Shown here: positions 50,117 to 59,532 of the stretch, piece after piece | Layout of the letters: every line of letters begins with the position of its first letter | Numbering within the stretch: the stretch's first letter is position 1 | DNA from: Gemmatimonadales bacterium | Lineage (GTDB): Bacteria > Gemmatimonadota > Gemmatimonadetes > Gemmatimonadales > GWC2-71-9 | Length of the DNA: 64,000 nt | Reading direction: 5' to 3' | NCBI GenBank assembly: GCA_035505915.1 | Contig: DATJQI010000011.1 | Location: forward strand, 44,221 to 108,220 | Program-made: the position numbers and the translations under genes | Notes under the pieces: model-generated | The model's database searches: none | What the model was told of the DNA's origin: nothing | Seen by the model: only the letters and a program-made list of their open reading frames with translations

Positions 50117-50812
50117 TTACGCGCTCATCCCGTCCAGGATCCCCCGGTATGCGGAGACCGGGTCCGCCGCGGCCGTAATCGGCCTCCCGACCACCAGATG
50201 AGTCGCCCCACCGCGCACCGCCCCCGCCGGCGTAACCGCCCGGGCCTGGTCGTCCGCCCCCGCCTCCTTGGGCCTGATCCCCGGGACGACGAGCCAGGGT
50301 TCCTTTCCCAAGGCCTCGCGCAGGATCCCCACCTCCTGCCCCGAAGCCACCACCCCCCGAAGCCCCGCCTCGCGGGCCGCCCGGGCGAGCCGGACCGCCT
50401 CGGCGCCGAGGTCGGGGACCCCCCGGCCCAGCACCGCGCTGAACGACCCGGCGTCGTGCGACGTGAGTACCGTCACCCCCACCAGGGAGAGGCCGCCGCC
50501 CGCCGGGTCGCCCGCGGCCCGGCGGGCGGCGGCCATCATCGCCGTCCCTCCGAGACAATGCACCGTCGCCAGCTCGACCCCCAGATCCCGGGCGCTCTCC
50601 ACCGCTCCGGCCACCGTGTTGGGGATGTCGTGCCATTTGAGATCCAGAAAGACCCGGATGCCCCGGGCGCGGAGCTCCCGGACCAGGGCGGGCCCTTCGC
50701 GCACGTACAGCACGGGTCCGATCTTCGCCCACGCCAGCCCCGGCAGCCGGGCGGCGAGCGCCAGCGCTTCCTTCCCGCTCGGCAGGTCGAACGCGACGAT
50801 CAGCTCAGCCAC
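50117..50812 (-). CDS. pyrF: orotidine 5'-phosphate decarboxylase
   Basis: LIVAFDLPS...FLDLKWHDIPNTV, and a C-terminal VVGRPI. Confidence 0.93.
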   Translation of the reverse strand: MAELIVAFDLPSGKEALALAARLPGLAWAKIGPVLYVREGPALVRELRARGIRVFLDLKWHDIPNTVAGAVESARDLGVELATVHCLGGTAMMAAARRAAGDPAGGGLSLVGVTVLTSHDAGSFSAVLGRGVPDLGAEAVRLARAAREAGLRGVVASGQEVGILREALGKEPWLVVPGIRPKEAGADDQARAVTPAGAVRGGATHLVVGRPITAAADPVSAYRGILDGMSA

Positions 50813-51641
50813 GGCCGAGCTCCCCCACCACCCGCTCGGGCAGGCGCGGGTCCGCCAGGGCCCCGGTTCCGATCGCCACGAGGTCGGCGCCCGCGGTGAG
50901 GTACTCCCGCGCGTCGGCCGCGCGGCGGATGCCGCCCACCCCGATGATGGGCAGCCGGAGCTTTTCCCGCACCTTCCGGACCGCGAGCACGCCCACCGGC
51001 AGGAGCGCGGGGCCGCTCATGCCGCCATACCCGTTGCCCAGCCGCCCGGCGAGGGTTCCCGGCATCGTGTTCACCAGACTGATTCCGTCCGCGCCGGCGT
51101 CCGCGGCCACCTGCGCCGAGCGGGCGATGTCGGGGAGCACGGGCGAGAGTTTGATGACGAGCGGGCGCGTCGTCGCCACCCGGCACCGGCGCACCAGCTC
51201 GGCGAGCGCGTGATCGTCCGCGCCGAACTCGAGGCCGCCGGCGCTGGTATTCGGACACGAGGCGTTGATCTCGAACGCCGTGACCGCGCCGGCCTGGCTC
51301 AGCCGCCGGAGCACGATCTCATAGTCCTCCATCCGCGCGCCGGCGACGTTCACGAGAATCCGCGCCTGCCGGAGCCGGCGGGCCAGCCAGGGAAGCTCGT
51401 GCGCCGCGACCGCTTCGACGCCGGGGTTGGCGAGTCCCACCGCGTTCAGCATCCCCCCGCGGAACTCGGCCACGCGCGGCCCGGGGTGACCACGCCGGGG
51501 CTCGGGGGTGACGGCTTTCGTGACGATCCCTCCCAGCCGCTCGAGGTCGATGACGCCGTCCACCTCGCGCCCGAAGCCCGCGGTGCCCGCCGCGAGGAGC
51601 ACGGGGTTCTGGAAAGCCGCGCCCCAGAGCGTGACGGTCAC
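50805..51641 (-). CDS. pyrD: dihydroorotate dehydrogenase, class 1 catalytic subunit
   Basis: GTG at 51641 (GTGA overlap) gives VTVTLWGAAFQNPVLLAAGT. Also NAVGLANPG, EINASCPN, GGLSGPALLP-like GGMSGPALLP. Confidence 0.9.
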   Translation of the reverse strand: MTVTLWGAAFQNPVLLAAGTAGFGREVDGVIDLERLGGIVTKAVTPEPRRGHPGPRVAEFRGGMLNAVGLANPGVEAVAAHELPWLARRLRQARILVNVAGARMEDYEIVLRRLSQAGAVTAFEINASCPNTSAGGLEFGADDHALAELVRRCRVATTRPLVIKLSPVLPDIARSAQVAADAGADGISLVNTMPGTLAGRLGNGYGGMSGPALLPVGVLAVRKVREKLRLPIIGVGGIRRAADAREYLTAGADLVAIGTGALADPRLPERVVGELGRG

Positions 51642-53098
51642 AGCGCCGTGTCCGACACGGCGCGGGGGCGCGGCGAGTTGGGACGCAGCACCCGGGGGGG
51701 CACGGGCTTGATTTCCGGCGGATCGAGGAGGGGCCCGCGAGGTCCCGTCTCGGGGACGGTCCACCGCGCTTCACTCGCGACGCCCGCGGAGCGGCTCTGC
51801 CGGGCGCGGATGCCGAAGAGCCGCGCCAGGGAATCCTCGGCCTCTGTGTACTCGGGGCTGGCCGCGCCGTTCAGGGCCAGGGTGTAGGGCGATGTCGCAT
51901 ACGAGCCCTGCAGCACGCGGGTCAGCGAGTCCGAGCGGCCGGGAGCGAGCGGGATCGCGGCCACGATGGCCTTGGGCGCGAACAGCGAGGTCGGATGCTG
52001 CTGCGCGAATCCGATGAGCAGTGCCGCGGCGAGCGGCGGCGCCTGCAACGAATCCCGCGCCAGCTCCCCGCGCCGGAACGTGCCCGCGATGCTCGAGTCC
52101 TTGCCGCCGAGCTGCTCGAGGACCTGCTGGAGACGGCGGGCGGCGCCGACCCCGGAGCCGTGCTGGGTGAGCGGCAGAAGATCGGTCGAAACGGCCGCGA
52201 CGCTGTCCAGGCTCTCCGCCCGGGCCGCCCGGGCCTGCAGTCGGGCGACCCGTGCCAGGTCGGCCTCGGCGGAGTCCGCCGCCACCTCACCGGCCTGGAC
52301 GAAGCGCGCGTCCGCCGACGGCACGTCTCCGGACGCCAGCAGACGGTAGCCGTCGTCGAGATAGATCCGGGCCCGGGCGCCGGCGGTCAGCCGCGCGCGC
52401 GGGACGACCCGCCCCACCACGGCGGACGTGGCCGCGGGTCCGGCCACCCGGGCGAGCGCGACGAACATCGAGTCCCAGTCCGTTTCGAGGGGTTTGCGCG
52501 CGACCAGCGCGTCACAGAGCGTGTCCGCGCGCCCCGTCCGCCCGGCGTCCACGAGCGTGAGAAACTCCTCCACGCCGGCGTCCCGCCGGCCGGACCGGCC
52601 GAAGAGCGCGACGGCGGTGTCGAGCCGTCCGGCACCCCGGGCTCCGCGCCCCGCGAACAAGGCGGCCTCCTCCCGGCGATCACGATCCTTGGAATTGAGG
52701 ACCGGCTCGGCGAAGGTCTCGGCGGCCGCGTAGTCCTCCGCGCGGAGCGCGCAGCGCGACCGGACCAGGGCGATGCGCTCCACCAGTGCCCGGTTCGCGG
52801 TGAGCGCCGTGGCCCGGTCGAGCCTCGTCCCGGCGTCCGGGCACGCATTCGACCCGGCGAGCCCCTCGGCGGCGGTGACCAGGGCCTCCGGCAGCCACCC
52901 GCTGTGGGGATGATGCGTCGCCACGGATTCGGCCTCGACCGCCGCGAGCGACCAGTTCTGGACCGCCGCGTCGCCCTGCCCGGCGCGCTCCTGCTTCCGG
53001 GCGTCCCGCGCGTAGCGGTGCGCGTTCCAGAGGCCGTTGTAGTAGACGCATCCTCCGAGCAGGAGCGTGAGGGTCACCGGGAGCGCGCGCCGGTTCAC
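51638..53098 (-). CDS. hypothetical helical-repeat lipoprotein
   Basis: GTG at 53098 (GTGA overlap) gives VNRRALPVTLTLLLGGC, a lipobox. The 486 aa are Ala/Arg/Leu-rich and helical. No family recognised. The upstream 290 codons of the track ORF lie inside the amidase gene. Confidence 0.6.
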   Translation of the reverse strand: MNRRALPVTLTLLLGGCVYYNGLWNAHRYARDARKQERAGQGDAAVQNWSLAAVEAESVATHHPHSGWLPEALVTAAEGLAGSNACPDAGTRLDRATALTANRALVERIALVRSRCALRAEDYAAAETFAEPVLNSKDRDRREEAALFAGRGARGAGRLDTAVALFGRSGRRDAGVEEFLTLVDAGRTGRADTLCDALVARKPLETDWDSMFVALARVAGPAATSAVVGRVVPRARLTAGARARIYLDDGYRLLASGDVPSADARFVQAGEVAADSAEADLARVARLQARAARAESLDSVAAVSTDLLPLTQHGSGVGAARRLQQVLEQLGGKDSSIAGTFRRGELARDSLQAPPLAAALLIGFAQQHPTSLFAPKAIVAAIPLAPGRSDSLTRVLQGSYATSPYTLALNGAASPEYTEAEDSLARLFGIRARQSRSAGVASEARWTVPETGPRGPLLDPPEIKPVPPRVLRPNSPRPRAVSDTAL

Positions 53099-54276
53099 CG
53101 GCCGGCGCTCCCGGCGGTCTTGCGCTCGAACTCGCGCAGGTAGGCGACGATCCCGTCCGCCATGGCGACCGCCAGCTTTTGCTGTCCCGCGCCGGTGCCG
53201 ATGAACTCCGCGTCCCCCCGGTTGGTCGCGAACCCCGTCTCCACCAGAATCGCCGGGCGGCGGGCGTAATTCAGGACCCAGAACCGGGCCTGCTGCACGC
53301 CGCGATCCCCCCCGGGCGACACCCTCCCCAACCGCTGCTGGACCAGCTCCGCGAGTCGGGCAGATTCCCGGAGGATCTCGTTCTGCATCAGATCCTTCCA
53401 GATGAAGCCGACACCGGTGTCCGCCACGTTCCGGTCGTAGCGGATGGCGTCGTTCTCCATCTTGGCCACCCGCGCCGCGTCCTCCGTCTTGGCGTCCGAC
53501 AGGAAGTAGGTCTCGACCCCGTGTGCCCGGGACGCGTTGCGCCCGCCCGGCATGGAGTTGACGTGGATGCTGACGAAGAGATCGCAGGCGTCCGAGCAGG
53601 TGTACGGCCGGTCGTAGAGGCTGATGAGGGTGTCGCTCGTGCGGGTCATGGCCACTTCGATCCCCCGCCGGACCAGCTCCGCGCGCAGGAGGCGGGCGAT
53701 CGAGAGGGTCACATCCTTTTCGGTGACTCCCCGCCGGAAGTAGACCCCGGGATTGCCCGGATCGGCCCCGCCGTGCCCGGCATCCACCGCCACCACATGG
53801 TGATACCGCAGGCCGGTCATCGGATCCGGGGCGGGCTGGGCGCGTGGCGGCCCGGGGGGGGAGGTCACCACCACCGGAGGAGCGTCCGGCAAGGGCATCA
53901 CCGTCTCGACCAGCCGCCCTTCCGCCGCGTCCCAGCGGTACTTCGGCCCCAGGGCTTGCGGCACGCACACGGAGAGGAAGGGGATGGGCAGGAAGAGCGT
54001 GTCCCGCGCCAGGTAGGGCTCGGCGGCCAGGTTGCAGAGGGCACCAGCGACCCGCGCGAACGGGACGCCCACCTGCAGGACGAACGCCGTGCCGTCCAGC
54101 GTCACGGTCGTCCGACCGTCGACGACGGTGCTGGTGAGTCCGAGGGGACCCGCGAGCAGGGGCGCGGCGAAGGCCGCGATCCCCCGCTCCATCGTCACCG
54201 GCACCACCGTCCGCCCCCGCGGCGTCGCGATCACGATCTGGGTGGGGATCAGCGCGACCAGGAGGGCCGGCGTCAC
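53095..54276 (-). CDS. N-acetylmuramoyl-L-alanine amidase (Amidase_3) with an N-terminal AMIN-like domain
   Basis: VVAVDAGHGGADPG, LFVSIHVNS, ETYFLS, ILVETGFATN. GTG start overlaps the smpB stop (GTGA). Confidence 0.9.
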   Translation of the reverse strand: MTPALLVALIPTQIVIATPRGRTVVPVTMERGIAAFAAPLLAGPLGLTSTVVDGRTTVTLDGTAFVLQVGVPFARVAGALCNLAAEPYLARDTLFLPIPFLSVCVPQALGPKYRWDAAEGRLVETVMPLPDAPPVVVTSPPGPPRAQPAPDPMTGLRYHHVVAVDAGHGGADPGNPGVYFRRGVTEKDVTLSIARLLRAELVRRGIEVAMTRTSDTLISLYDRPYTCSDACDLFVSIHVNSMPGGRNASRAHGVETYFLSDAKTEDAARVAKMENDAIRYDRNVADTGVGFIWKDLMQNEILRESARLAELVQQRLGRVSPGGDRGVQQARFWVLNYARRPAILVETGFATNRGDAEFIGTGAGQQKLAVAMADGIVAYLREFERKTAGSAGR

Positions 54277-54728
54277 GTGCGCCGTCCCCGGGCGACGCGC
54301 GCCATTTCCCGCTCCGCGTCCCGCCGCTTCAGGTCTTCGCGCTTGTCGTGGGCTTTCTTGGCGCGGGCGAGCGCGATCGCGACCTTGACGATTCCGTCCT
54401 TGAAGTAGAGCTCGAGCGGAACGAGGGTGAGCCCCTTTTGGGTGGTGCCCCCGATGAGCTTCTCGATTTCGCGCTTGTGGAGCAGGAGTTTGCGGGACCG
54501 GACCGACGGCGGGTTGTTGTACGATCCGGCGGCGTACGGCGAGATGCTGAGACCTTCCAGCCAGACTTCCCCGCCCTTCACGTGGGCGTAGCCTTCACCC
54601 AGCGAGGCCTTTCCGTCCCGGAGTGACTTCACTTCGGTCCCGGTGAGAACGAGGCCGGCCTCCCAGGTCTCGAGGAGGTGGAAGTCGTGTCGCGCCCTCG
54701 GATTGCGGGCGATGGCAACTTTGTCCAA
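54273..54728 (-). CDS. smpB: SsrA-binding protein
   Basis: 151 aa. IARNPRARHDFHLLETWEAGLVLTGTEVKSLR. Confidence 0.95.
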   Translation of the reverse strand: MDKVAIARNPRARHDFHLLETWEAGLVLTGTEVKSLRDGKASLGEGYAHVKGGEVWLEGLSISPYAAGSYNNPPSVRSRKLLLHKREIEKLIGGTTQKGLTLVPLELYFKDGIVKVAIALARAKKAHDKREDLKRRDAEREMARVARGRRT

Positions 54729-54777
54729 GGCGGTCGGCGCAAGATAGGTACGCGGTGAATGAGGGTCAAGCCGAACG

Positions 54778-54807
54778 TTGACTTGAGGTTATACCACCGT
54801 CTAGATT
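54778..54807 (+). promoter_or_regulatory. candidate promoter for tRNA-Leu
   Basis: TTGACT (54778..54783), an 18-nt spacer, then TAGATT (54802..54807). It is 17 nt upstream of the mature tRNA 5' end. Confidence 0.4.
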
Positions 54808-54824
54808 TGCCGTTCCCGAAACAC

Positions 54825-54909
<85 letters not shown>

Positions 54910-54916
54910 GAACTAC

Positions 54917-54937
54917 AGGGGTCAGGGGTCAGGGGTC
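54917..54937. repeat. perfect tandem heptamer (AGGGGTC)x3
   Basis: Read directly from the sequence. Begins 9 nt after the tRNA 3' end and overlaps the moeZ-like stop codon (54936..54938). Confidence 0.9.
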
Positions 54938-56093
54938 AGTACCGTGGCACCCCCGCATCTATCTCCCGGCTCCAGGCATCGATCCCTCCCGCCACGCTCC
55001 GCACATTCACGAATCCCGCCGCCACCAGAATCTCCCGCGCCCGCAGGGACCGCTGGCCGTGATGGCACAGCGTGACCAGGGGCGCGTGCGGGTCGAGCTC
55101 GCGCAGGCGCGCGGGCAGCTGGCGCAGCGGGATGTGGACCGCATCGGGGAGCGCGGCCATCGCGATCTCGTACGGCTCCCGGACGTCCACGACGACCAGC
55201 GTGCGGCCCTGCGCGCGCTCCGCCGCCAGCTCACCCACCGAGATCTCGGCCTGGGTGGAGGCGGCGGGGACGCCGCAGAACGCCTCATAGTCGATCAAGG
55301 TCGTCACCGTGGGGTGGGCGCCGCAGACCGGGCACTCGGGATCCTTCGCGAGCGCCAGCTCGCGGAACTCGAGCTTCAGCGCGTCGAACAGGAGCAGCCG
55401 CCCGATCAGGGGCTCCCCCACGCCCAGGATCAACTTGATCGCCTCCGTGGCCTGCAACGTCCCGATCACCCCCGGCAGCACGCCCAGCACTCCCGCCTCG
55501 GCGCAGGAGGGGACCAGATCCGGCGGCGGGGGCTCCGCGAACAGGCAGCGGTAGCACGGCCCCCGGCGCGCGTCGAACACCGAGGCCTGGCCGTCGAACC
55601 GGAAGATCGCGCCGTAGACGTTCGGCTTGCCGAGGAGGACGCAGGCGTCGTTGACGAGATAACGGGTCGGGAAGTTGTCGCTGCCGTCCACCACGACGTC
55701 GAAGCGGCGCAGAACGTCCAGCGCGTTGCCGCTGGTGAGCCGTTCCGGGAACCGCTCCACCCGCACGTGGGGGTTCAGATCCCGGATCCGGTCGGCGGCG
55801 GAATCGACCTTGGCGCGCCCGACGGCGGCGGACCCGTGCACCACCTGCCGCTGGAGATTCGAGGCGTCGACCTGGTCCGCGTCCACGAGGCCCAGGGTGC
55901 CGACGCCGGCCGCGGCGAGGTACAGCGCCGCCGGGGAGCCCAGACCGCCCACGCCGACGAGCAGCACCCGGGCGGATTTCAGCCGCTCCTGTCCTTCCGC
56001 CCCGACCTGCGGGAGGATCAGGTGCCGGGAATAGCGCAGCGCTTCTTCGTGTGAGAGGGACAGCCTGTGAGCCTCAGCCGGCGGCCGGGACAC
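54936..56093 (-). CDS. ThiF/MoeB-family adenylyltransferase fused to a C-terminal rhodanese domain (MoeZ-type)
   Basis: YSRHLILPQVGAEGQERL, LLVGVGGLGSPAALYLAAAGVG, CxxC pairs (CYRC, CPVC). C-terminal rhodanese with the active-site Cys in TLCHHGQRS. Confidence 0.9.
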   Translation of the reverse strand: MSRPPAEAHRLSLSHEEALRYSRHLILPQVGAEGQERLKSARVLLVGVGGLGSPAALYLAAAGVGTLGLVDADQVDASNLQRQVVHGSAAVGRAKVDSAADRIRDLNPHVRVERFPERLTSGNALDVLRRFDVVVDGSDNFPTRYLVNDACVLLGKPNVYGAIFRFDGQASVFDARRGPCYRCLFAEPPPPDLVPSCAEAGVLGVLPGVIGTLQATEAIKLILGVGEPLIGRLLLFDALKLEFRELALAKDPECPVCGAHPTVTTLIDYEAFCGVPAASTQAEISVGELAAERAQGRTLVVVDVREPYEIAMAALPDAVHIPLRQLPARLRELDPHAPLVTLCHHGQRSLRAREILVAAGFVNVRSVAGGIDAWSREIDAGVPRY

Positions 56094-56526
56094 CCGTGAT
56101 CTGATAGAGGCTGGACTCGTCGTGGGTGAGATCGGCGAGGGTGACCCCGGACAGGAACTCGTTGATCCGCTGCTCCAGCATCCGCCAGACCGGCCGGATG
56201 CTGCAGGCCGCGTCGGGGCTGCAGCGGTGGGCGTCCACCTGGTGGTGATCGCAGTTCACCTCGAAGGTGACGTGCTCCGAGGCTTCCATCACGTCCTTCA
56301 CCGAGATGTCGTGGGCGTCCCGGGCGAGGAGGTACCCGCCTTTGGCGCCCCGGACCGATTCGACCAGCCCGGCGCGCCGGAGGCGGAGGAGAATCTGCTC
56401 CACGTAGTCGTGCGGCAGCCGCTCGGCTTCGGCCAGCTCCCGGGCGGCGATCGGCCCGTCACCCACCCGCCGCGCCAGGTTCAGCGACACGATCAGCCCG
56501 TATTCCGCCCACGTCGTCACCCGCAT
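56074..56526 (-). CDS. Rrf2-family transcriptional regulator
   Basis: 150 aa. wHTH RVTTWAEYGLIVSLNLAR...YVEQILLRLRRAGLVESVRGAKGGYLLA. Cys cluster C-x10-C-x5-C (NCDHHQVDAHRCSPDAAC). Confidence 0.9.
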   Translation of the reverse strand: MRVTTWAEYGLIVSLNLARRVGDGPIAARELAEAERLPHDYVEQILLRLRRAGLVESVRGAKGGYLLARDAHDISVKDVMEASEHVTFEVNCDHHQVDAHRCSPDAACSIRPVWRMLEQRINEFLSGVTLADLTHDESSLYQITGVPAAG

Positions 56527-56569
56527 GGCGGGAATATGGACGGGCGCATGGACGATATCAACGGCACGC

Positions 56570-57592
56570 TCAGTGCCGGACGGCGGGCCCCACGCTCACG
56601 CCCACCTGCACGGCGAACACGTTGCCGCCGGATCCCGGCTGGAACCAGAGCAGCCGGGAACTGAGGTTGTAGAGCACGCCGTTCTTCTCGACGTCCACGC
56701 CGACACCGCCCTGGGCGCCCTGGGCGACGCCCCGGTCGGGCCCTTGGGAGAAGAAGCCGGCGAGTACGGGGCCGAGCTCGGCGTAGCAGCGCCCCCAGGA
56801 GGGCCGGAGCGACGCTTCGTATCCGGGCTCGAACAGCACCGCGTCTTCGTCGCACCCGGTCCCGGAGCAGGCGGCGGACGCCTGGAAGGGCGCCCAGTCG
56901 ATTTCGAGTCCGAGGACGCTCGACGCCTTCTTCGTGTCGCGGCGGAACCGCAGGCCAAGCAGCGGCCCCCGTCCCTGAAGCGGACCGGAGATCGGGATCA
57001 GGAAGGCGACCGCCGGACCCAGCGTACCGTTCGTCAGCTGGGTGACGCGGGGCGGCCCGAGGAGCACCGAGACGTTGGCACGGAGCTCGAGCGACTGGAT
57101 GGCGCTGTTGGGCACCTGGAAGAACCGGCCCTCCAGCTGGCCGCTCGCGTCCTTCCCCGCCGTGACGCGGAGTCCGAAGCCGAACCCGAACCCGATCTGG
57201 GTCGTGGTTGCGGGCGCGCTGCAGCTCAGTCCGAGGAGTCCCTTGTCGGTGTCCAGGACTCGGGCGACCCCGACCTCCGTGGACGCGAACGGCGCGAGGC
57301 CCGACGCGCCGACCGGGAAGTAGTCGTCGTCCAGCCCGAAGAACGTGAGGGACCGCGGGCACGCCGACGTCGCCAGATCGTTGTAGCGGATGACGCTCAC
57401 GCCGGTTTCGTCGTCGTCCGCGGTCAGCACGGCAAGGCTGCCGCCGAACGCGGAAAAATGATGGCTCGTGCCCGACTGGTCATCCAGGGAGAGGGAGGAA
57501 TAGAGCGGACCGAGGCGGACGGGGCGCTGCGCGGCGAGAGGACCGGCGAGCGCGGCGGCCCCGATCATCCAGGGCAGCAGTCGTTTGGTCAT
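56570..57592 (-). CDS. hypothetical secreted beta-rich protein (possible outer-membrane protein)
   Basis: Signal peptide MTKRLLPWMIGAAALAGPLAAQ. Alternating-pattern strands and Gly/aromatic-rich segments (IGFGFGFGLRV). No family recognised. Confidence 0.6.
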   Translation of the reverse strand: MTKRLLPWMIGAAALAGPLAAQRPVRLGPLYSSLSLDDQSGTSHHFSAFGGSLAVLTADDDETGVSVIRYNDLATSACPRSLTFFGLDDDYFPVGASGLAPFASTEVGVARVLDTDKGLLGLSCSAPATTTQIGFGFGFGLRVTAGKDASGQLEGRFFQVPNSAIQSLELRANVSVLLGPPRVTQLTNGTLGPAVAFLIPISGPLQGRGPLLGLRFRRDTKKASSVLGLEIDWAPFQASAACSGTGCDEDAVLFEPGYEASLRPSWGRCYAELGPVLAGFFSQGPDRGVAQGAQGGVGVDVEKNGVLYNLSSRLLWFQPGSGGNVFAVQVGVSVGPAVRH

Positions 57593-57619
57593 GCGGGGAA
57601 CTTGGACCGGCGGGGCGAC

Positions 57620-57650
57620 GCCGGGCCGTGACCGTGGTCACCGGCCCGGC
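57620..57650 (-). other. imperfect GC-rich hairpin downstream of the DUF1761-like gene
   Basis: GCCGGGCCGTGACC-GTG-GTCACCGGCCCGGC with a 1-nt bulge. No U-tract, so terminator function is doubtful. Confidence 0.3.
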
Positions 57651-57673
57651 GTGCCGCGCGGCGTTCCGCCGCG

Positions 57674-58090
57674 TTACTTGAGGAGAATGCCGACCACGAG
57701 CCCGACCAGATTCATCCGGATGAGCCAGGCCCAGAAGTTGGCCTGCAGGAGCGCGCGGGCCTTGGTGTACCAGACGCCCGAGCCCATCGTCATCAGCGCG
57801 ATGGTCGGCAGCCACAGCACGGTGGCGAACTCCATCCCGGCCAGCGGGCCGCCGCCGTTCACCCAGAGGTCGGTGCGGAACTGGGCGTAGAGGTAGGTGA
57901 AGATCAGACCGTAGGCGATGGCCAGGATCGCCGACTTCGCCATCGCCGGCCCCATGAACGCCTTCATCTCCTCCGGCGACATCTTCACCGCGAGCTCTTC
58001 CATCCCTTTGGTGAAGACCTTGCTCCACAATACCCAGTCGGCCAGCCACGCGACCACACCGCCGATCAACCCCGCGACGATCCAGCTCAT
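57674..58090 (-). CDS. small integral membrane protein (DUF1761-like)
   Basis: 138 aa with four hydrophobic segments. The N-terminus MSWIVAGLIGGVVAWLADWVLW resembles DUF1761 proteins; this is from memory, not a search. Confidence 0.6.
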   Translation of the reverse strand: MSWIVAGLIGGVVAWLADWVLWSKVFTKGMEELAVKMSPEEMKAFMGPAMAKSAILAIAYGLIFTYLYAQFRTDLWVNGGGPLAGMEFATVLWLPTIALMTMGSGVWYTKARALLQANFWAWLIRMNLVGLVVGILLK

Positions 58091-58100
58091 CGGCCGCTCC

Positions 58101-59516
58101 TCATGGTGAAGGCTTCCCGCGCTCTCCCGGCACCCCGGGCTCCGTCATCGCCCGGAGGTCGAGCACGGCGTCCAGCTCCGCACCTTTGAGAATGCCCTTC
58201 TCCGTCACGAGCTGCCGGACGGTCTCGTTCTTCGCGAGGGCTTCCTTGGCCAGCTTGGCCGACTCGGCGTATCCGATCTTGGGCGCCAGCGCGGTCACGA
58301 GCGCCGGGCTCCGGTCCAGCCAGTGGGCGCACATCGCTTCGTCGGCCTGGATGCCGGACACGCAGCGCTCGGCGAAAACCGACGAGGCGCTGGTGAGCAG
58401 GTGCATCGTGAACAGCAGATTGTGGGCGATCACCGGCATCATGACGTTGAGCTCGAGCTGTCCCGCCTCGGCGGCCGCGGCGACGGCCGCGTCGTTCCCG
58501 ACGGCCTGGAACGAGACCATGTTCACCATTTCGGCGATGGACGGATTCACTTTGCCCGGCATGATGCTGGACCCGGGCTGCACCGCCGGGAGGCTGATTT
58601 CGGCCAGTCCGGTCCGCGGACCGGACACGAGGAGCCGGATGTCGTTGGCGATCTTCCCGAGCTCCACGGCATAGGTGCGCAGGGCGCCCGACAACGCCGC
58701 CGCGTCCCCCATCGACTGCATCAGCTGGAAGCGGTCGGCGCCCGCGCGGAGCTCGAGCCCGGTCACGGTCTTGAGGTAGCGCACCATCAGCTCGGGATAC
58801 CGGGGCTCGACGTTCAGGCCCGTCCCCACCGCCGACCCCCCGATGCCGAGCTCCCGCAGATCGTCCGCCGCCTGGGCGATGCGCCGGCGATTGCGCTCGA
58901 TGGTGTGCCCGTACGCGGTGAACTCCTGCCCCAGGCGCACCGGCGTCGCGTCCTGGAGGTGCGTCCGCCCCGACTTGAGAATCCCGTCGAACGCCCGGCC
59001 GCGGTCGAGAAAGGCGCGGGCGAGACGGTCGAGCGCCGCCAGGAGATCGGGCAGGCGCGCCAGCGCGCCGAGGCGGATCGCCGTGGGGATCACGTCGTTC
59101 GTGGACTGCGCCATGTTGACGTGGTCGTTCGGGTGGACCGGGCGATACTCGCCGCGCGGCGCGCCCAGGAGCTCGTTGGCCCGGTTCGCCAGCACTTCGT
59201 TCACGTTCATGTTGTGCGACGTGCCGGCGCCGGCCTGGTAGGGATCCACGACGAACTGGTCGCGGTGCCGTCCTTCGAGCACTTCGTCGGCGGCCTGGGC
59301 GATGGCGTCCGCGAGGCGGGGCTCGAGGCGGCCGGTCTCCCGGTGCGTCAGCGCGGCGGCCTTCTTGATCCAGACGACGGCGTCGACGAACGCCGGAAGC
59401 GGCGACAGACCGGAAATGGGGAAGTTGATGCGGGCCCGCTCGGTCTGGACCCCGTACAGGGCCGCGGCCGGGACCTTCAGCTCCCCCAGGGGATCCTTCT
59501 CGAGTCTCGTGTCCAT
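58101..59516 (-). CDS. aspA: aspartate ammonia-lyase (class II fumarase/aspartase family)
   Basis: Signature GSSIMPGKVNPSIAEM. N-terminus MDTRLEKDPLGELKVPAAALYGVQTERARINFPIS is aspartase-like. ATG at 59516 is preferred over the track TTG at 59525. Confidence 0.85.
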   Translation of the reverse strand: MDTRLEKDPLGELKVPAAALYGVQTERARINFPISGLSPLPAFVDAVVWIKKAAALTHRETGRLEPRLADAIAQAADEVLEGRHRDQFVVDPYQAGAGTSHNMNVNEVLANRANELLGAPRGEYRPVHPNDHVNMAQSTNDVIPTAIRLGALARLPDLLAALDRLARAFLDRGRAFDGILKSGRTHLQDATPVRLGQEFTAYGHTIERNRRRIAQAADDLRELGIGGSAVGTGLNVEPRYPELMVRYLKTVTGLELRAGADRFQLMQSMGDAAALSGALRTYAVELGKIANDIRLLVSGPRTGLAEISLPAVQPGSSIMPGKVNPSIAEMVNMVSFQAVGNDAAVAAAAEAGQLELNVMMPVIAHNLLFTMHLLTSASSVFAERCVSGIQADEAMCAHWLDRSPALVTALAPKIGYAESAKLAKEALAKNETVRQLVTEKGILKGAELDAVLDLRAMTEPGVPGERGKPSP

Positions 59517-59532
59517 GGGTGCCAATATAGGC

